A stretch of 64,000 nt of DNA from Ascidiella aspersa. Its lineage: Eukaryota. The position numbers and the translations under genes were made by a program. The notes under the pieces are model-generated. The model saw only the letters and a program-made list of their open reading frames with translations. It was not told the origin of the DNA and ran no database searches. The stretch spans positions 25,730,001 through 25,794,000 of the forward strand of contig OZ004609.1 in the NCBI GenBank assembly GCA_963924565.1, read 5' to 3'. Position 1 is the stretch's first letter, and every line of letters starts with the position of its first letter. This document shows, piece by piece, positions 37,901-51,531 of this stretch.

Positions 37901-40900
37901 TGGCGCGCGAGTTTGGGCGGGTGCAATTTAAAAATTCCGACTTGCTGAGTCACTTGGTTGTGCGCGCGAGAGTTGTTTGACAGCCAGAGAAGCGATCGCG
38001 ACACAAAGGTGCGCGTGACAAATGCGAAAAGCTCCATTTCCTTTCCTATTACGTTTTTATCGCGCCCGTTTCGTGTTGAGCTGCTATATGCTCAAGCCAT
38101 AGCGGCGGAAAAGAGATCGTTATTATGTAGCAACGGACAGTTGGAAGAAAACGACGAATCAAGCTTTACCCGGATTTAGTTTGGACACTTTTACGAGACT
38201 CGTGCGTGGATGACAGTCAAAATACTAAAACGAACTCCTCGTAATCCACCTTTGATAGATTGACGGATCGCGGGGTTTATCCGTTAATGTACGTTCTCAT
38301 ATTAAATGGTTACGGCGTACAATTCTTTGAAGGGTATGCGATGAATAACGTTACGTCAATTGGGGAAAGGTGTGGTACGCACATTAAGTTTTTTTGTAAA
38401 TCGATGCTGTATTCGACGGACCAACCATATAGATAATGGAAATTTTCTAATTAGCATGAAAATTGTTTTGATATTTGAACCACGAGTAGATGCATTTAAA
38501 TGTATGCAAAGGGAAAAAGTATAATCGTTTTATCGTTAACCTGAACAAATATAAAATCAAAACTGTCACCGCAGGTTGCTGTTAGTATAGGATATGGGCT
38601 ATCGCCTAAAAACAGCATTTAAAACAAAAACCAAATATCGAAATTTAAAACTAAGAAACTTTGTTCTGCAGTTACCCATTTTGTTTTACCAAGATTTTAA
38701 AGATTTTTAGAAAGATATTCGACAATAGTTATTTTCAGTTTTTATTAGGATCTGGAACATTTTGTTTGTCAAAACATATCTGAGTCAAATAACAATCTTG
38801 CGTTTCAATTCATAATTCAGTTGGGTAAACGAGCAGTGGTTTGTTCAACTATACTGCAAGTGGATATAAATAACTTGCGCACGACGTCAATTTGATTTAT
38901 AAAAAACATTTTTAAGACATTAATAGAGCTAGAAATCAAATAAACAAAGCAAAAATCATTACACTATGACGACAGAATAAACGCGAATAATATACATAAA
39001 AACACTGATAACAGCAGAAATAAAGTATGAATTAAAAGGCAAACCAACAAACCTTTACCGTTCGGTGGGTTCGACGGCCGCAGCTTGGTCTCCTCGATGC
39101 AGACCGGCTCGTCGGAGAAAAGAGGAAAACGCGAACAGTTGAGCATTCCGGGCCAGCTGAAGTCGAACTTGGCCATCTGGGCAAGGCAGCCGTCGCGCAC
39201 AGACTCACACAGTGACCTGCACGGCGGCACCGGCTTCTCGTAGCCTGAAAGTTAGCTTGTTTGTTTCAATGTTTTTTTTTATCAATTTATTGATTCAACG
39301 ACAATCAGGTGGCAGTTTTACGTCTTACAGTCTTACGACTTGTTTCAATGTTTATTTTCCGAATCTGGCATGCTATTTTTTTTGCAATCAGTCGCTGTGT
39401 TGTGATGGTATTAGAAGTCATTGTTTTTCTTTAACAGAGTTCGGCTTACGATTTGTAGCAAAATTACAACACTGTACTTAAATCCAATATGTGTGTCCTC
39501 GTTAGGTACACTTATCTGGAAAATTGGCTTCTTGTTCGCGTACACATTTGCTGTATGTTTCGTTTTGTATAATTGTGCGAACATTGTTCTAAATCTCAAA
39601 GTTCAATAATTACAATGTGCGGTGGTCAGCAAAACTAAGTGCTACGCGTAGATCACCAAGAGTACATTTTGACTGGATATAGTTCTCTAAATTGGTTCAA
39701 GATTATTATATTATGGGCATTCTTTCTCGCTGTAATACAGTTGAAGCACTTAATGAAAATTGCAATAATAAACCTAATGAGTATTAAAATAAAATCCAAC
39801 CAAGCATGTATGTACCTAAACCCAGTACCCAACAGATCACTGTAAATCTAATATTGTATTGGTTTGTTTATGTCGTTATGTTTTATACCAAAACAGAACG
39901 TGAAGATGTATTTTTGATCTCAAACAGATTCTATTTAGGGCATCATTTTTTTACAGTTTTAGAACTACTTTCCACGATTCAGTGTAAATTTAGAACCGTA
40001 ACAATATCAACGCGTGTTAGATGTAGGTTGGGACATATGGACCGTTCAGGTTTTCCCCTACCTAAATAGCTCATTCGAAAAAAACCCTGTCTACTCGACA
40101 AGCCCATATTTTTCGAATTGACCCAGCGTTTAACCAGTTTTAACTATGCGATCTAAAACTGGTATATCTTCGGAAGCAAAAGTCAATCAAAAGGTGGTGG
40201 TATCACCGTCACTAGGGAACTCGTGCCAATAAAACACGGATTTCCTGGGACCCAGAGGAATTCTACACAATCGGAGAGGCTCTTGTATAACGTATTACGC
40301 ACGCATCCCCGATCCTTGACAAATCGAGCAGAAAATGCGTAATATCGGAGTCGTGACGGGCCCGTGAACGGGAAAGGGCAGGGCCAGGTGCTCTCCGCTC
40401 GCGCACGTGCGCCTCTTAAAGGTAATTGGCGAGCACGCAGCGCAGCGGCGAAATACTTCTGTTGCTTCGATGTATTGAAGCCGTCCGCTGTCCTGCTTGC
40501 CGCAACCGGCAATTTTCGGGCCTGCATTCAGTCGTTGGCACAAAGCTTCGGCCTCGCACCGCCCAGTAGGCTTTTGTTCCGAAACGGAAAGCGCGAAAAT
40601 ACCCGAAAAGGCTCATCTGGTTGTTTGATACGAGCGCGAGTTGATACGGGGTCGGGAAAATTTTCGCTACTACGTTGATCAAATAGAGTGCTCAGCGCAT
40701 GTCGTTGATCGTGGAAGGTAAACTGTCACAAGCAGTAAGTTAAATTTCGCCTTCAAGGTAAAGTTTAATATTTTTTCGAAGACACATCGGAAGATCATTA
40801 AAGCTTAATAATTCTATATCGGTTAGAAATGAATTGCACAGACAACACACACGGGGTCTGTATGCGTTTTAAATGTAACGAATCCTAATAAACACACGTG

Positions 40901-43900
40901 TGGTTGTTTCTAACTGGGATATTCTACATTAGAAGTCGTTCTTATATATCTACCTCTAGTTTATATAAAAAAAACAATTACTAAAACTCGCTTTTGATTG
41001 TGAATCGACTGTTATTTAAATGGCTAACTTTAATGGCTGTTTACAAATACAACGAATAGCGTTCCCTGAAAAACAACTAAACATGTTTTCTAGTCCACCA
41101 TACAGGTTTAGAGCCGGGGCTTCGAGCTATTAATCTGTGGCCGTGAGCATGTCTTTCTGGCTCAAAATGGCAACATGTGCTAAGGATTAATGTGTCGCTT
41201 ACCTTGGGCTATCATATGCCCTTGCAAAATGTCTATTGAAAAAGAAACACCTAATTTTCATAACGTAAATCTGGTAAATAAATTTGCCTTTCCTGTCTTT
41301 TTGCAGTTACTTTTCTTGAATATGTGGATAATTATCCAAAACCGGGTTGTAAGTTCTTGAATAGTAAAACTTTATTTGTATTGTAGGTTTTGTCCTCATT
41401 TCGGACAAAATTGTCAAAATATGGTAAGCCGCTTACCAAGCATGCAAACGGGAGCAAAGAGCGTGCAGAGGAACTTGCGAGTTTCCGAGTGGCAGTTGGC
41501 GCCCACCAGTGGCGGCCAGGGCAGTGCTTGGTGCAGGACTTCTCTCATGGTTTCGTGTCCGAGCAGGTTGGGTAGGCGCATTCTGAAACAACAGACATAT
41601 GCCATGCGGAACATTGCGGTGATGTCTGATTGCAACAGTATCGATTTTATATTTGTAATAGTGCGGACATTGCAAAAAATGGAAATACAATGTAGTCTAA
41701 ACGTAAGTATTTTATGTCGGGCACAATTTTGACATCCTTTCAATAATAGTAGGTTTCTTCTTTTTAAAGTTTATGTTAAAGGAAAAAATAAGTAAATTTT
41801 AACTTGTTCTGTCTAATTTTTTCATTTTGTTGACTTTTCAGTGTATAACCGTTAATTTTAAACTAAGAAACCTAAAAGTAAAAATTCCACACTCATTCAC
41901 CGAACAAAGTTTTTACAACACGGACTTATGCAAAACAGCTTCCGCTTTTTCAGTCAAATAAACCACAAAGCAACTTTTGCCGTGTTCCAAGAGTCGCGAT
42001 CACGGGCAGCTGCCTGCGTAATCCGCCGCTCGTGGGCCTATGACGTCAACAAGCAGTCCCCCCAACTTTGTATTTTGCAGGCTGTGGATGGGCGCTCGTA
42101 TTACGGGTTTGCCACATGCGGCCCCTGGCAATTTCGCCGCCGCTGACAGATCCACGTGAGGGGGATTGATGGTGGACTCGCATTTGTCCGACCCGTAATA
42201 TCTGAGCCGCAGCACAACGGCGGATCGATTGTACGGCTTCTGTTATATTTGATCTTGGAAGCACAAAGAGGCTCGAGCGAGCGACGGATAAACGAAAAGA
42301 ACAACAGTTGTCGTCGCCCCTGCCACTCGGCGTATAGAAGGCTTCACGACTTTCGACAGGTGCGCGATGCGTCGTTACACAACATAACCAGATGCTAGTT
42401 ATTTATCCTCTTTGTCTATATAGCGATTCGTTTTAAACGTAAAAAGTGAGATACCTATCTTTGTGTTTGTTGTTTTATGACAGATTGACGGCGAATCTGT
42501 TTGGAAATATTATAATAACGTATTATTCATCACTTGTAATATTTACTCCAAAAAACATCATTTTTCAAGAATATTAATTCGAGGTATTTTTGAAAAAAAA
42601 ATGCCTGATCAGGATTGCATAATAATGCCATAAACGAAAAAACAAGTTTTAGACGAGTGACATAAACAGGCAAAAGGCCGAAACGCCAAACCAAAATACG
42701 GCAGCTATTCGTCACCTGACATAATAACCCAGTTCAAAAAAACACATACTTCTAGTCATCCATTTAACTTGATGCGCACACAAGACTGAACCTTCCGTAC
42801 CGAGCACGTGGCGATTTGTCATTAGTGGCCTCTTCATCAAACCGCAGCGGCAAAATGCACTTCAGAACTTTAGAGATAAACGGATTGCTTCGAACTTTGT
42901 CGGCGAGATTAGCGATCTCCGAAAATAAGACTTGTAATGCCCAAGTGTGGTTCATGCTCCGGAACTGCCAAGCACTTCAATTCACGTGACAGCTGGACCA
43001 TTTACCAATAGGATAAATTACTTTACTCTTTAGTCCTATCTCATAATACAATTTAGTTTTGTTTGTGCAATGCGAGACAGGTTTAATATTTATTCAAGAC
43101 TGGGTTTGTTGTAATTTTCGCATTCGTATTTTAAAGAAAAAACAACAACAATCGACATTGCAAGATGTAATTTCATTTCAAGTTTTGCTTTTGAAAAAAA
43201 AACAAGCGGCAGTTTGTAAACATGGTATCGAACCAAAACCAAAACAAATAAAACTGGTATATTAGCGTTTTGTCGGTACACCAATCCAATTATTGAGATT
43301 CATCGCAAAAAGCACTGATTTTTTCTCTTGCAAAGATGTTTCTCATTAAAAGCGTTATAGGTAACGTTTTGTAGCGCCACAAAAAACATATTACTTCCTT
43401 TGGGATGTTTATTCGGGAAACGATGCCTTATAACTGGTATACATTTCGGACGGACATCAAACACTTTAGTGGCCTCAAACATGTTTACCAGCAACAGCTA
43501 AAATATGTTATGTAACGGAATAAACAGGTATATTAACAGTTTCATATAATTTATTAAAATCACTAATTAGAATATGATTAGTGTTCAAGGCATTAGGTAT
43601 TTTCCCTAAAGGGAAACTTTGGAATTTTGACGGAGATAATAACACAGGCTATTCTAAACAGCTGGCTGCAAAACACAAGGTTTTATTTCATTTTTTGATT
43701 TCAATGTACATTTAATGGCCACTTAATAGTTCAATTTATTTGTTAATTGTACTTTAATACAACTTTTAACAGTAAGTTTTTCGCACGGGTAAACACACTA
43801 AAACAGCTAAAAGTCACTGGTTTGGAGTAAATTGCCGAAATAGTAGTTTTGATACCGGAATATAAATTTGTTTAACATTGCCGCACTTCGCCACTATCGG

Positions 43901-46183
43901 CGTAATTTGGTCGAAATAATGGCAGAACTCCCTTGGCCGCCTAGCGATAACGCAACGTTGGTCCTGACTCTAATCGTTGATCTTATTGCAATTGTACAAA
44001 GAGTCCCGCATCCGGCGGCGGCATGACCGAACGTGGTCAGATCGATGTCGTCTCGATTTCGACTGGGCGGCGGAGGGTTTCCTTGAAAGGGACGAGCCTG
44101 ATCTGCCCCGCGATGGAATAGCCCGCCGAGACCGATACTTTTGATCGGCCGACGCAGATATCTTCGGAGCGGGCGAGCTCGTGTCAGTGGACGGCGGAAA
44201 ATAAACGGACGAAACGAAAAATCCGATTTTGTTTACGCGGAGACGCCGGGCCGGTTTACACGGCCACTTTGGAATGGCGCCATGCTTTTTGGTCTCTTAT
44301 TCGCGCTTTTTTTACCCCCAACCAACCCGTGGCCGGTTTCCGTGGCTTACGAGTTTTTACCAGGCAAAACTGACACTGAAACTGTTCAATAAAGGATAAC
44401 AGACTGTTTTTGAGTGAGCTAAGTTGAGCGGGCATTACAGAAGTCGCGCTTTTGACTGCGATCGGGCAAACATGGCCCTCGCAACCGGCAATCAAAACAA
44501 AATGATAAGTTCACATCCTGGCCGCAATCGGAGGGAAAGCATTCCGCGACGACGGCCGAGTTGCACACACACCCGTGCGCGCGCATCAGGCTTGTGTAGT
44601 CCTATCCAATAGGATTTTTACCGCCCTTTAGATTGTGTTCTACACGGCAGCTGACAGGGACGGCCAAGGGCCGCGACGGCCAACCCGAAAGGTTTGGATT
44701 TCAGGGGGTTAGGCGTCGGTCAGGCGCGGAAGCGAATTAAAAGAAACCGAATCGCCTTGAAATACAATTAATCAGACAAGGCGCGATTGCCATCAACGCG
44801 TGTCAGGCTCGCCACTTCCATATAAGGTAAACTGCTTTGGGCCGCCCGTGTGTCAAAATGGGAACCCATTCAGCGTTTTGAACATAATTTCGAGATTCAA
44901 TCCCGTTCATGTGCTCACTAGACTACAAAGCCACTTGGAAAACTTGTCCACCATTGGGTGGAGATTATCGCCACTGAATTAGGCCCTGGTTCGCCATTAC
45001 AACTCGTTTAGGCGTGACATTAACCGAAAAGTGTCCCATCCTAAAAGCATTCGCGGATTTATTGCCACCGAGCTTCTGGCGACATACGCGCGCGGCAACG
45101 TCAAAGGAATCGACCGCGGCGCGAAGACTGATTTCTCTCGGCGTTTCGCGGCAGGCTACAATGCGAGACAATGCAGCGGCGAAACGGCTATCTGTCAAAT
45201 CGGATTACGGGAGAGAGTGGCGGCAAAATAAGAGAGTGCCCGGTGATTAAGTGTGAGCTCGCGTTTTTATCGCCGGCCGAATGAACAAGAAAAACATGTT
45301 TGCGTCCTTTGCAATGTTTGCGCATCCATCCGCCGCTGCCCACAGTCGCGATTTCGTTTTAGGGCGGAATGCATTAAAAGCGAAAGCGACGGAAGGCTTT
45401 AGTTAGTCGAAAGGCAGTGGCGGGGTTCAGACAGCGGCGGCGACTGCGAAAACAAAACTTTGCGCGCTTCGCGGCGGCGTCGGCCGTTCACCGCTGCAAA
45501 TTCGACGCGATTATGCTCGTGTAACAACAAAACGGCTTACACTTCCGCCGTCGGGCCGGTTGCCGAAAGGCCTCGCGGCCAACTTACAAAAACACGGGAT
45601 AATCTTGTTGCCACAGCGCGACTGGGCACCCTCGCTCTCGCGGACCTCTCTGCCAGCATTTTGGGCGTCGGCGAACGCGCTTTGATGTGAGCCCTGAGCG
45701 AACGTTGGCATGCCGCGCTCGTCTCTGGGGAGGCCCGGGTAGCAGCGAACTCGCCGCGCCGGCCAACAACAGAGGCCCGACCGACATGTTTCGCTTAACC
45801 GCTTTACCGTCGTAAACCGCGAGCGCGCGCGCGTATAGATAGATAGATGTTACCCACTCGCCTTCGCTGCTTTTGCTGTTGTTGCTGGGTAAATACACAC
45901 TCTGCGCAGCTCACCTTTTGTACTCCATGCCGTAGCAAAGCTCGAAGCTAGGCGGGATCGTTCGGCACTCGGTCGCCTGGTCGGGAAAGTGCGGGCCCAG
46001 GACGCTGTCCTGATCCGGCCAGGAGGAAAAGCGCGTCAGGGAGCTGCCGGTGGAGCGGGTGGCGCCCGGTCGTCGCTTGAAAGTCCTGCCGACGTAACGT
46101 TGTCTCTTCGCCATCACGGTGCAGTAAGGTCCAGCTGCGAGGGCTACGACGAACAGCAGCCAGGTCCAGCAGCGAACGTTCAT
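34909..46183 (-). CDS. SFRP1/5: Secreted frizzled-related protein, sFRP1/2/5 type (signal peptide, Frizzled CRD, NTR domain), about 329 aa
   Basis: Exons 46183-45915, 41582-41437, 39244-39059, 37133-37056, 35219-34909, all phase-consistent. Ten-Cys CRD (LCYGMEYKRMRLPNLLGHET...FLCTLFAPVC...PCRSLCESVRDGC...WPGMLNCSRFP) and six-Cys basic NTR domain (CPPC...FC...CTC...C). No TM segments. Confidence 0.93.
35348..35627. mobile_element. hAT-type MITE (280 bp) in the last sFRP intron
   Basis: TIR CAGGGGTGTCCAAC / GTTGGACACCCCTG; perfect TSD GTCTATTG. Confidence 0.9.
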
Positions 46184-49100
46184 CTTTACGCTGCCTAGCT
46201 TTCTTGAGTTCACCAGTCGACGGAAACGATCCCTTTCGTAAAATTTTAATCAGCAAAATGTGACTGTCAAGTTTTAAGCAAACTCAGCAAAAGGTGACAG
46301 CTTTCTAGTCTCTCAAGCGTGTGCGATTCGAGGCCTGAAACACATTAAAACGATCATGGCGCGTTGCTTTTCGGCGCGTAAAATTACAGGCCTCTCAGCC
46401 AAAAGGCCCGTTCGCTTTCACGGAACCTGTCGCTGTCGCGGGCGCGCAGATGTTATCGCCAACAATTATTTCGCCGCAACCGTCTCACGCGCGAAATGAG
46501 CTCTGGCGTGCACTCGCGACGCCCTCTGTCACTGGCTCCCGGCGTAACTGTCGCCTGCGGAACGTAACGACTGCAATCGCTGCTTTCTCTGCGCGCTACA
46601 GTCCCCAAAACGCAACGCTCCCTGCGCTCGACTGGATTGTCAATCGCATCGCGGCCCGCCTCTGACGTATATACGAGCGATCGCGTTCGCGAAGAAAGCC
46701 CGAACCGAACTGGGGGCAGCGGCAGCCATTCCGACTGCGCTGAACGCACAGCGGCGGCCTCGACTAAGAAGCGAAAAAGAAACATCAAAAGCGTGATGTG
46801 ATGTTGCGGTGTGCGCGCGCAAGCCAGCAGCAGCGACCCGAGAATATTTCCTTTCTGGTCGTGGTGTTATTCGACAAGCACTTTCGGTTCTTCTTTGACG
46901 CGTGACCGCGATTTCATGTCGACAGGAAGTTACGTGTCCGCGAAGGTGCGTCACCGTCTCCGCTTTTCCATTCTTGCTTCCTTTCTGATTTCGCGAGCGC
47001 GAAGCAAAAACCGCGAGCGTGGACGGAGTTAGATGATTTGCGGCACAACAGAATAGACGCCATGCGAACCGATATGCTGGGGCTTTTCTCACCGGGAATT
47101 AGTCGAATGCCAGACACGTTCCTAATGAATATGTTTCTGTCACAGAAAAACAAAAATGTAAGTAACGCACAATCATCGCCAAGCTATGAATAGAATTATA
47201 CGTTTGCCTGCTCGGTCACATTCCATAATCTTCACATTTTATACGGATACATATAAGCGGTAGCGGCGAATCAATGAAAAATAGGTTTTGTCAACGGACG
47301 ACAACAATGCTGTTTTGCTTAATTCGACTACAAGCCGACGTCGAACTTCGGGGGTATAGGTAAAGTATTTTGCGGTTGTCTTGTGTAAACTTTGCGTCGC
47401 GCTGGGTTCGGGGTCACGACGCCAGGGGTTTGGTTTAAAAGCATTCTGGCCGGGCGCGCGGCGGCAACCCGACCCGGCAAGAGTTTGCACAAGCCTTGTT
47501 GTTTGTAAATAAATGGGTTTTCGGTCCGACCGCTCGCTCGGCGGCCCGCGAGCACGCTTAACCTGTCATTGGCAATTTCCAAACAAAACCCATAATCCAG
47601 CCGCCGCGCTTGCTCTATCATCTGCCGCTTCGACAAGGCGGCCATTGTTTCGCGCCAAGGTTATGGTTCAGATGCGCGCCACGCTCAGGCAAATCTCTAA
47701 AGTTTCAGTTTCATCAGTTTAAACATGTTTTCCTTCGTCGAATTGAGTTCGAAAGCACGCGCGTGTCGTCGGTTTACGGCATTTGACGTTTGCCCTATGG
47801 CTTGTGATTTAACAAAAAACAGCCCAAACAAGCCCTTAACAATAATCGGGTATACGATTTGTGATCTGTACTGATGTTGTTGTTGTCGTTGCTGTCATGC
47901 GCGCCGCACCTGGAAATGTGTTGATGCGTGCATCTCAGTCCCTGCTTTAAACGTACCTGTAGAAATAGAATGCTATTAACTTCAGCAGTTTTAAACTTTT
48001 TTTTCATCAATAGCAGATTCCCAGAAATGATGCGTTAAAAATTGCAAACAGTTTGTAGATGCAAAACGGTGTAGACTTTCTTCTTGACAAGAAAGTTTAT
48101 ACTGTTTTGCAACCATTCGAAGTCATTGTCGTCATTAACGTGTATTAGGGCGAGGAGATATCTTCATTTTTACATATTAAGTTTGCAGTTTGTAAATGTC
48201 GCGAGTTTTTTCGTTAAATTAGGTCGACGAGTGCAACGCTGTAAGTTTTTTTCGCGTCTGTTTAAACATGTTTTTATTGGCGCACCGCCTTACGAGCTTC
48301 ACTCAACTGTTCGGCAAAATTGGTCAGCGCAGCAGTCGCTTAAAAGTCACCGAGGCGCGGTGAAGATATCAAGTTAAACAAACGGTGTTTACAAAAAACA
48401 CGTTTTTCACTTCAGTGCCTGGTATACTTGCACGACGTTATTTGTGAAATACGCCGTGAAATGTATATAAAAAAAAACAAAAAAAAAACGGCCTTGTATA
48501 TAGTAAAAAAAATACGGGATTTAAAGGCGCTGGGAGAATAGTTCGCTTTTTTGATGAAACCAAGTGAACTGTCCAACAAGTGCAATTCGCGCACCCGTAC
48601 CAGGTAAGTTTCAATAACGAGCCGAAAGCCGCCAAACCAGAGCGTCTATCAAATAAAGCGCTTATAATTGTTGGTGGCAATAACGCGCCACGCGAGCGGA
48701 CTGTTTGCTCCCGGTGCTTGGGATTAGATTTTGTTTACGAACCTGCTGCCGTGTTGTATTATGCCTCTCCTGTTTACGCAGGCGTCCCTGCCCCTTTGTG
48801 CCGGCCGAAACGCGATGAACCTGCACCCGACCCGCTCGCCACCAAAGCGGAATTGGACAATGACCAAGCAAAAAAAATTGAAAATCGAAAAACTACTTTG
48901 AAGACATGCATAAACTGGCAGGGAAAGTGTATTACAGATTGGAACCTTGTATTTTTTAATTAGGAATTTAATTCAAACGCTAATGGGGAGAAAAGTTTAC
49001 CAATTAATATTTGGGGTTTATGCGTTTATATTACTGTTGCTATTGTTGTTATGTATAGCAATGCTGAACAAATATTATATTGGATTGTCATTGCGTAACA

Positions 49101-50019
49101 CTGTCTTTTTCAAACCTTTGAACCACTTGAAGCTAAAATAATAGAGTAAAATGTGAACGCGTATACACGCACAAGTCAAAATATATACATAGGGATTGTC
49201 TTCAGAGGAGATTAATCAAAACGAAAAGATTGATCGGGTATAGGTAAATGTTTGAGACAGAAGGTACGCGTTTCTTGACTCGCATTAGGTATTCAGCACT
49301 GGGCGAAATACCTCTAACACTAAACAAACAAACTGTCTAATTATAGTATATTGACTGATGGCGGTCTGGTTTTATTCAAAGCGCATTACGAAACATGTTT
49401 GCCTTTGCTGACTGTTTGCGCTTTGCGGTTGACACGCTGCTTCCTACTGAAGACGAGACGCTAATTGCCCCCACCACCGCGAGAACACGACCCCACTTCA
49501 AAGATTGTGTGCAAAACACGTTTTACATCGCCCCATCTCACCCATGACAAGAGCCCGCCAAGGCCGTACGGGTATGACGCCACGGGCCCGTTTTGGGGTT
49601 CTATAACGATGGCTGTAATCCCAGCCACACGAGCAAATGTTGAATAGTAGGTTTGTTCGAAACGCTGACAATGGCATGCTACTATCGTTGTAAGGATTTT
49701 CAAACGCAACCTTGAAGAAAATTAGATTGAAAGTCGCGTGTGGCAAGGCTTTACAATACAAACAAGGCAAATTAGTGTTGAACAGCCAGTATATAAAGCT
49801 ACACTTGAAAGGAGAATTGGTAAAACGAGATTGCAAGCATTTTTGCTGAAAAGGCAAATAATCGTGCCAAAATTTGTGGCAAATTTAACGTAAATCAGAT
49901 TATTTTGTCGTAAATGCCTATTCCCAGTGCTACAATCGGTTAAATTGTTCCATGTCGACACTGGCCGTCTTCAGTTTCGCTTAAACAGCTGTCAGCTCCT
50001 ATAGAGTAATGAGGGTAAC

Positions 50020-50201
50020 AGATCCGCACCTGACTTAAGGTATTTGCTGCCGCGAAGATGAAAGTGCGCTGAAAGTAAAACCTTAGACGTAGAAGAAGTG
50101 GCCTGATGGCTCGAGCACTTCACCTGACTTCCGGTTCCTGTTCTGCGGATTCGCACTATTAAACGCAAACTGTAATTGCTAACTTCAAGCGGCCCGGCTC
50201 G
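50020..50201 (+). promoter_or_regulatory. Putative RagC/D promoter and non-coding first exon
   Basis: CpG-containing stretch with ACTTCCGG (ETS-type) and two CACCTGAC boxes, ending at donor-like TCG|GTACAT, after which CpG density drops. Confidence 0.45.
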
Positions 50202-50856
50202 GTACATTTGTCTGTTAAAAGTGTTGGTTATAAGCTGAGCAGATGTCTGTCAACATTCTACAGTAAAGTGCATTCTAGCAGATTTATTTTAGATGATTGA
50301 TGTTGATTTATTTTTTCTGCCATATAAGATCCTTTTTTAAATCAGTTTTATCTGCTTACTTCCATCTCAATTTTATTGCTTTGTTAACTTTGTTAGAAAC
50401 ACTTTTGTGAAACAAAGCATTATTTATTTCGGCAACTTTTGTACTAATTCAGAGTTTTTTTTAATGTTTCGCAAGAGCACGTTTAGTGACTGTAATATTT
50501 ATTTCTTTACACCGCTAGATGGAGCGTTCAAGGACTTATCCATCATATGACTTGTGACATCACTTAAAACGCACTGCTTGCAAGTTCAGTAAATCTGTCT
50601 ATTGTGAATAGCAAGCGAATGCTTCTAAGCAGAATAAGAAGTCTGCAAACGTGATTGGTGTTCTTAAACTGAAACGAATGTTTAAAAACAGTGAAAGTAA
50701 CACAGCATCTTCACAAAGAATAAGTAATCGTTGGAGCAATACACTGACTCAAACTGTCAAGTACTACAAAAATTGCAACTTATAATGGGAAGGTATTTCG
50801 ATGAGTCATTTTGGTTTATTGTATTTCTTTTTTATTGTCAGGTTGTTTAAAATTTG

Positions 50857-51246
50857 GGCGCTGGTCTAGAATCCTACCACAGTTCTAAAATCAACGCATA
50901 AAATTTGAGTTAGGGTGCGGGTTATTATATTCTTTGTTTAATAATACTACTTGACCCACCTTAACCAAAACGCTAACCCGCACCCTAACCCAAATGATGT
51001 TTCGTTGTGGTAGGATTCAAAATAATACCGCATACCACAACGCCTATTGTTTGAGTTAGAGTGCGGGTTAGCTTTCGGGTGAGGGTGGGTCAAGTAATAT
51101 TATGTTTATTATTAATAATACCGCTTCACCCACCCTCACCCAAACGCTAACCCGCATTCTAAGCCAAATAATTTGCGTTGTGGTAAGCGGTATTTGAAGA
51201 AAAATTTTTTTTTATTAATTTTCACGTACATAAGTGAAAGAGCGCC
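50857..51246. mobile_element. Fused family A + family B Merlin-like MITEs
   Basis: Left end GGCGCTGGTCTAGAATCCTACCAC (family A, ends ...GTGGTAGGATTC near 51018) joined to a left-truncated family B copy ending GTGAAAGAGCGCC; flanks do not form a TSD. Confidence 0.8.
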
Positions 51247-51531
51247 AACGTTTTATATTGTATTGGAGATTAGCAATCCTTTTTGGACAAAATTAGCCTC
51301 TTGTTTTATAAATGATATTAAAGAAATATAGCGTAATCTTGTAATCTAACATATTTACTTAAAACTTGCCATTTTCTTTGGTTCAAATATAAGTATTTAA
51401 GTAATTGTGTTATTTACTGGGTTTATTTGGCAGCTTCATTACAAGAAATCGGAGAGTAACTGACGAAATATTAAACAATTAACAAAATACAAAATCAAAT
51501 AAAAACCTTTATTAAATATTTTTATTCCAGC

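Noticed and set aside
1281-46183. Polycistronic operon of five consecutive minus-strand genes
   Set aside because: Genes are separated by kilobase-scale gaps, some with TEs and apparent separate promoters, unlike the gapless ascidian operons.
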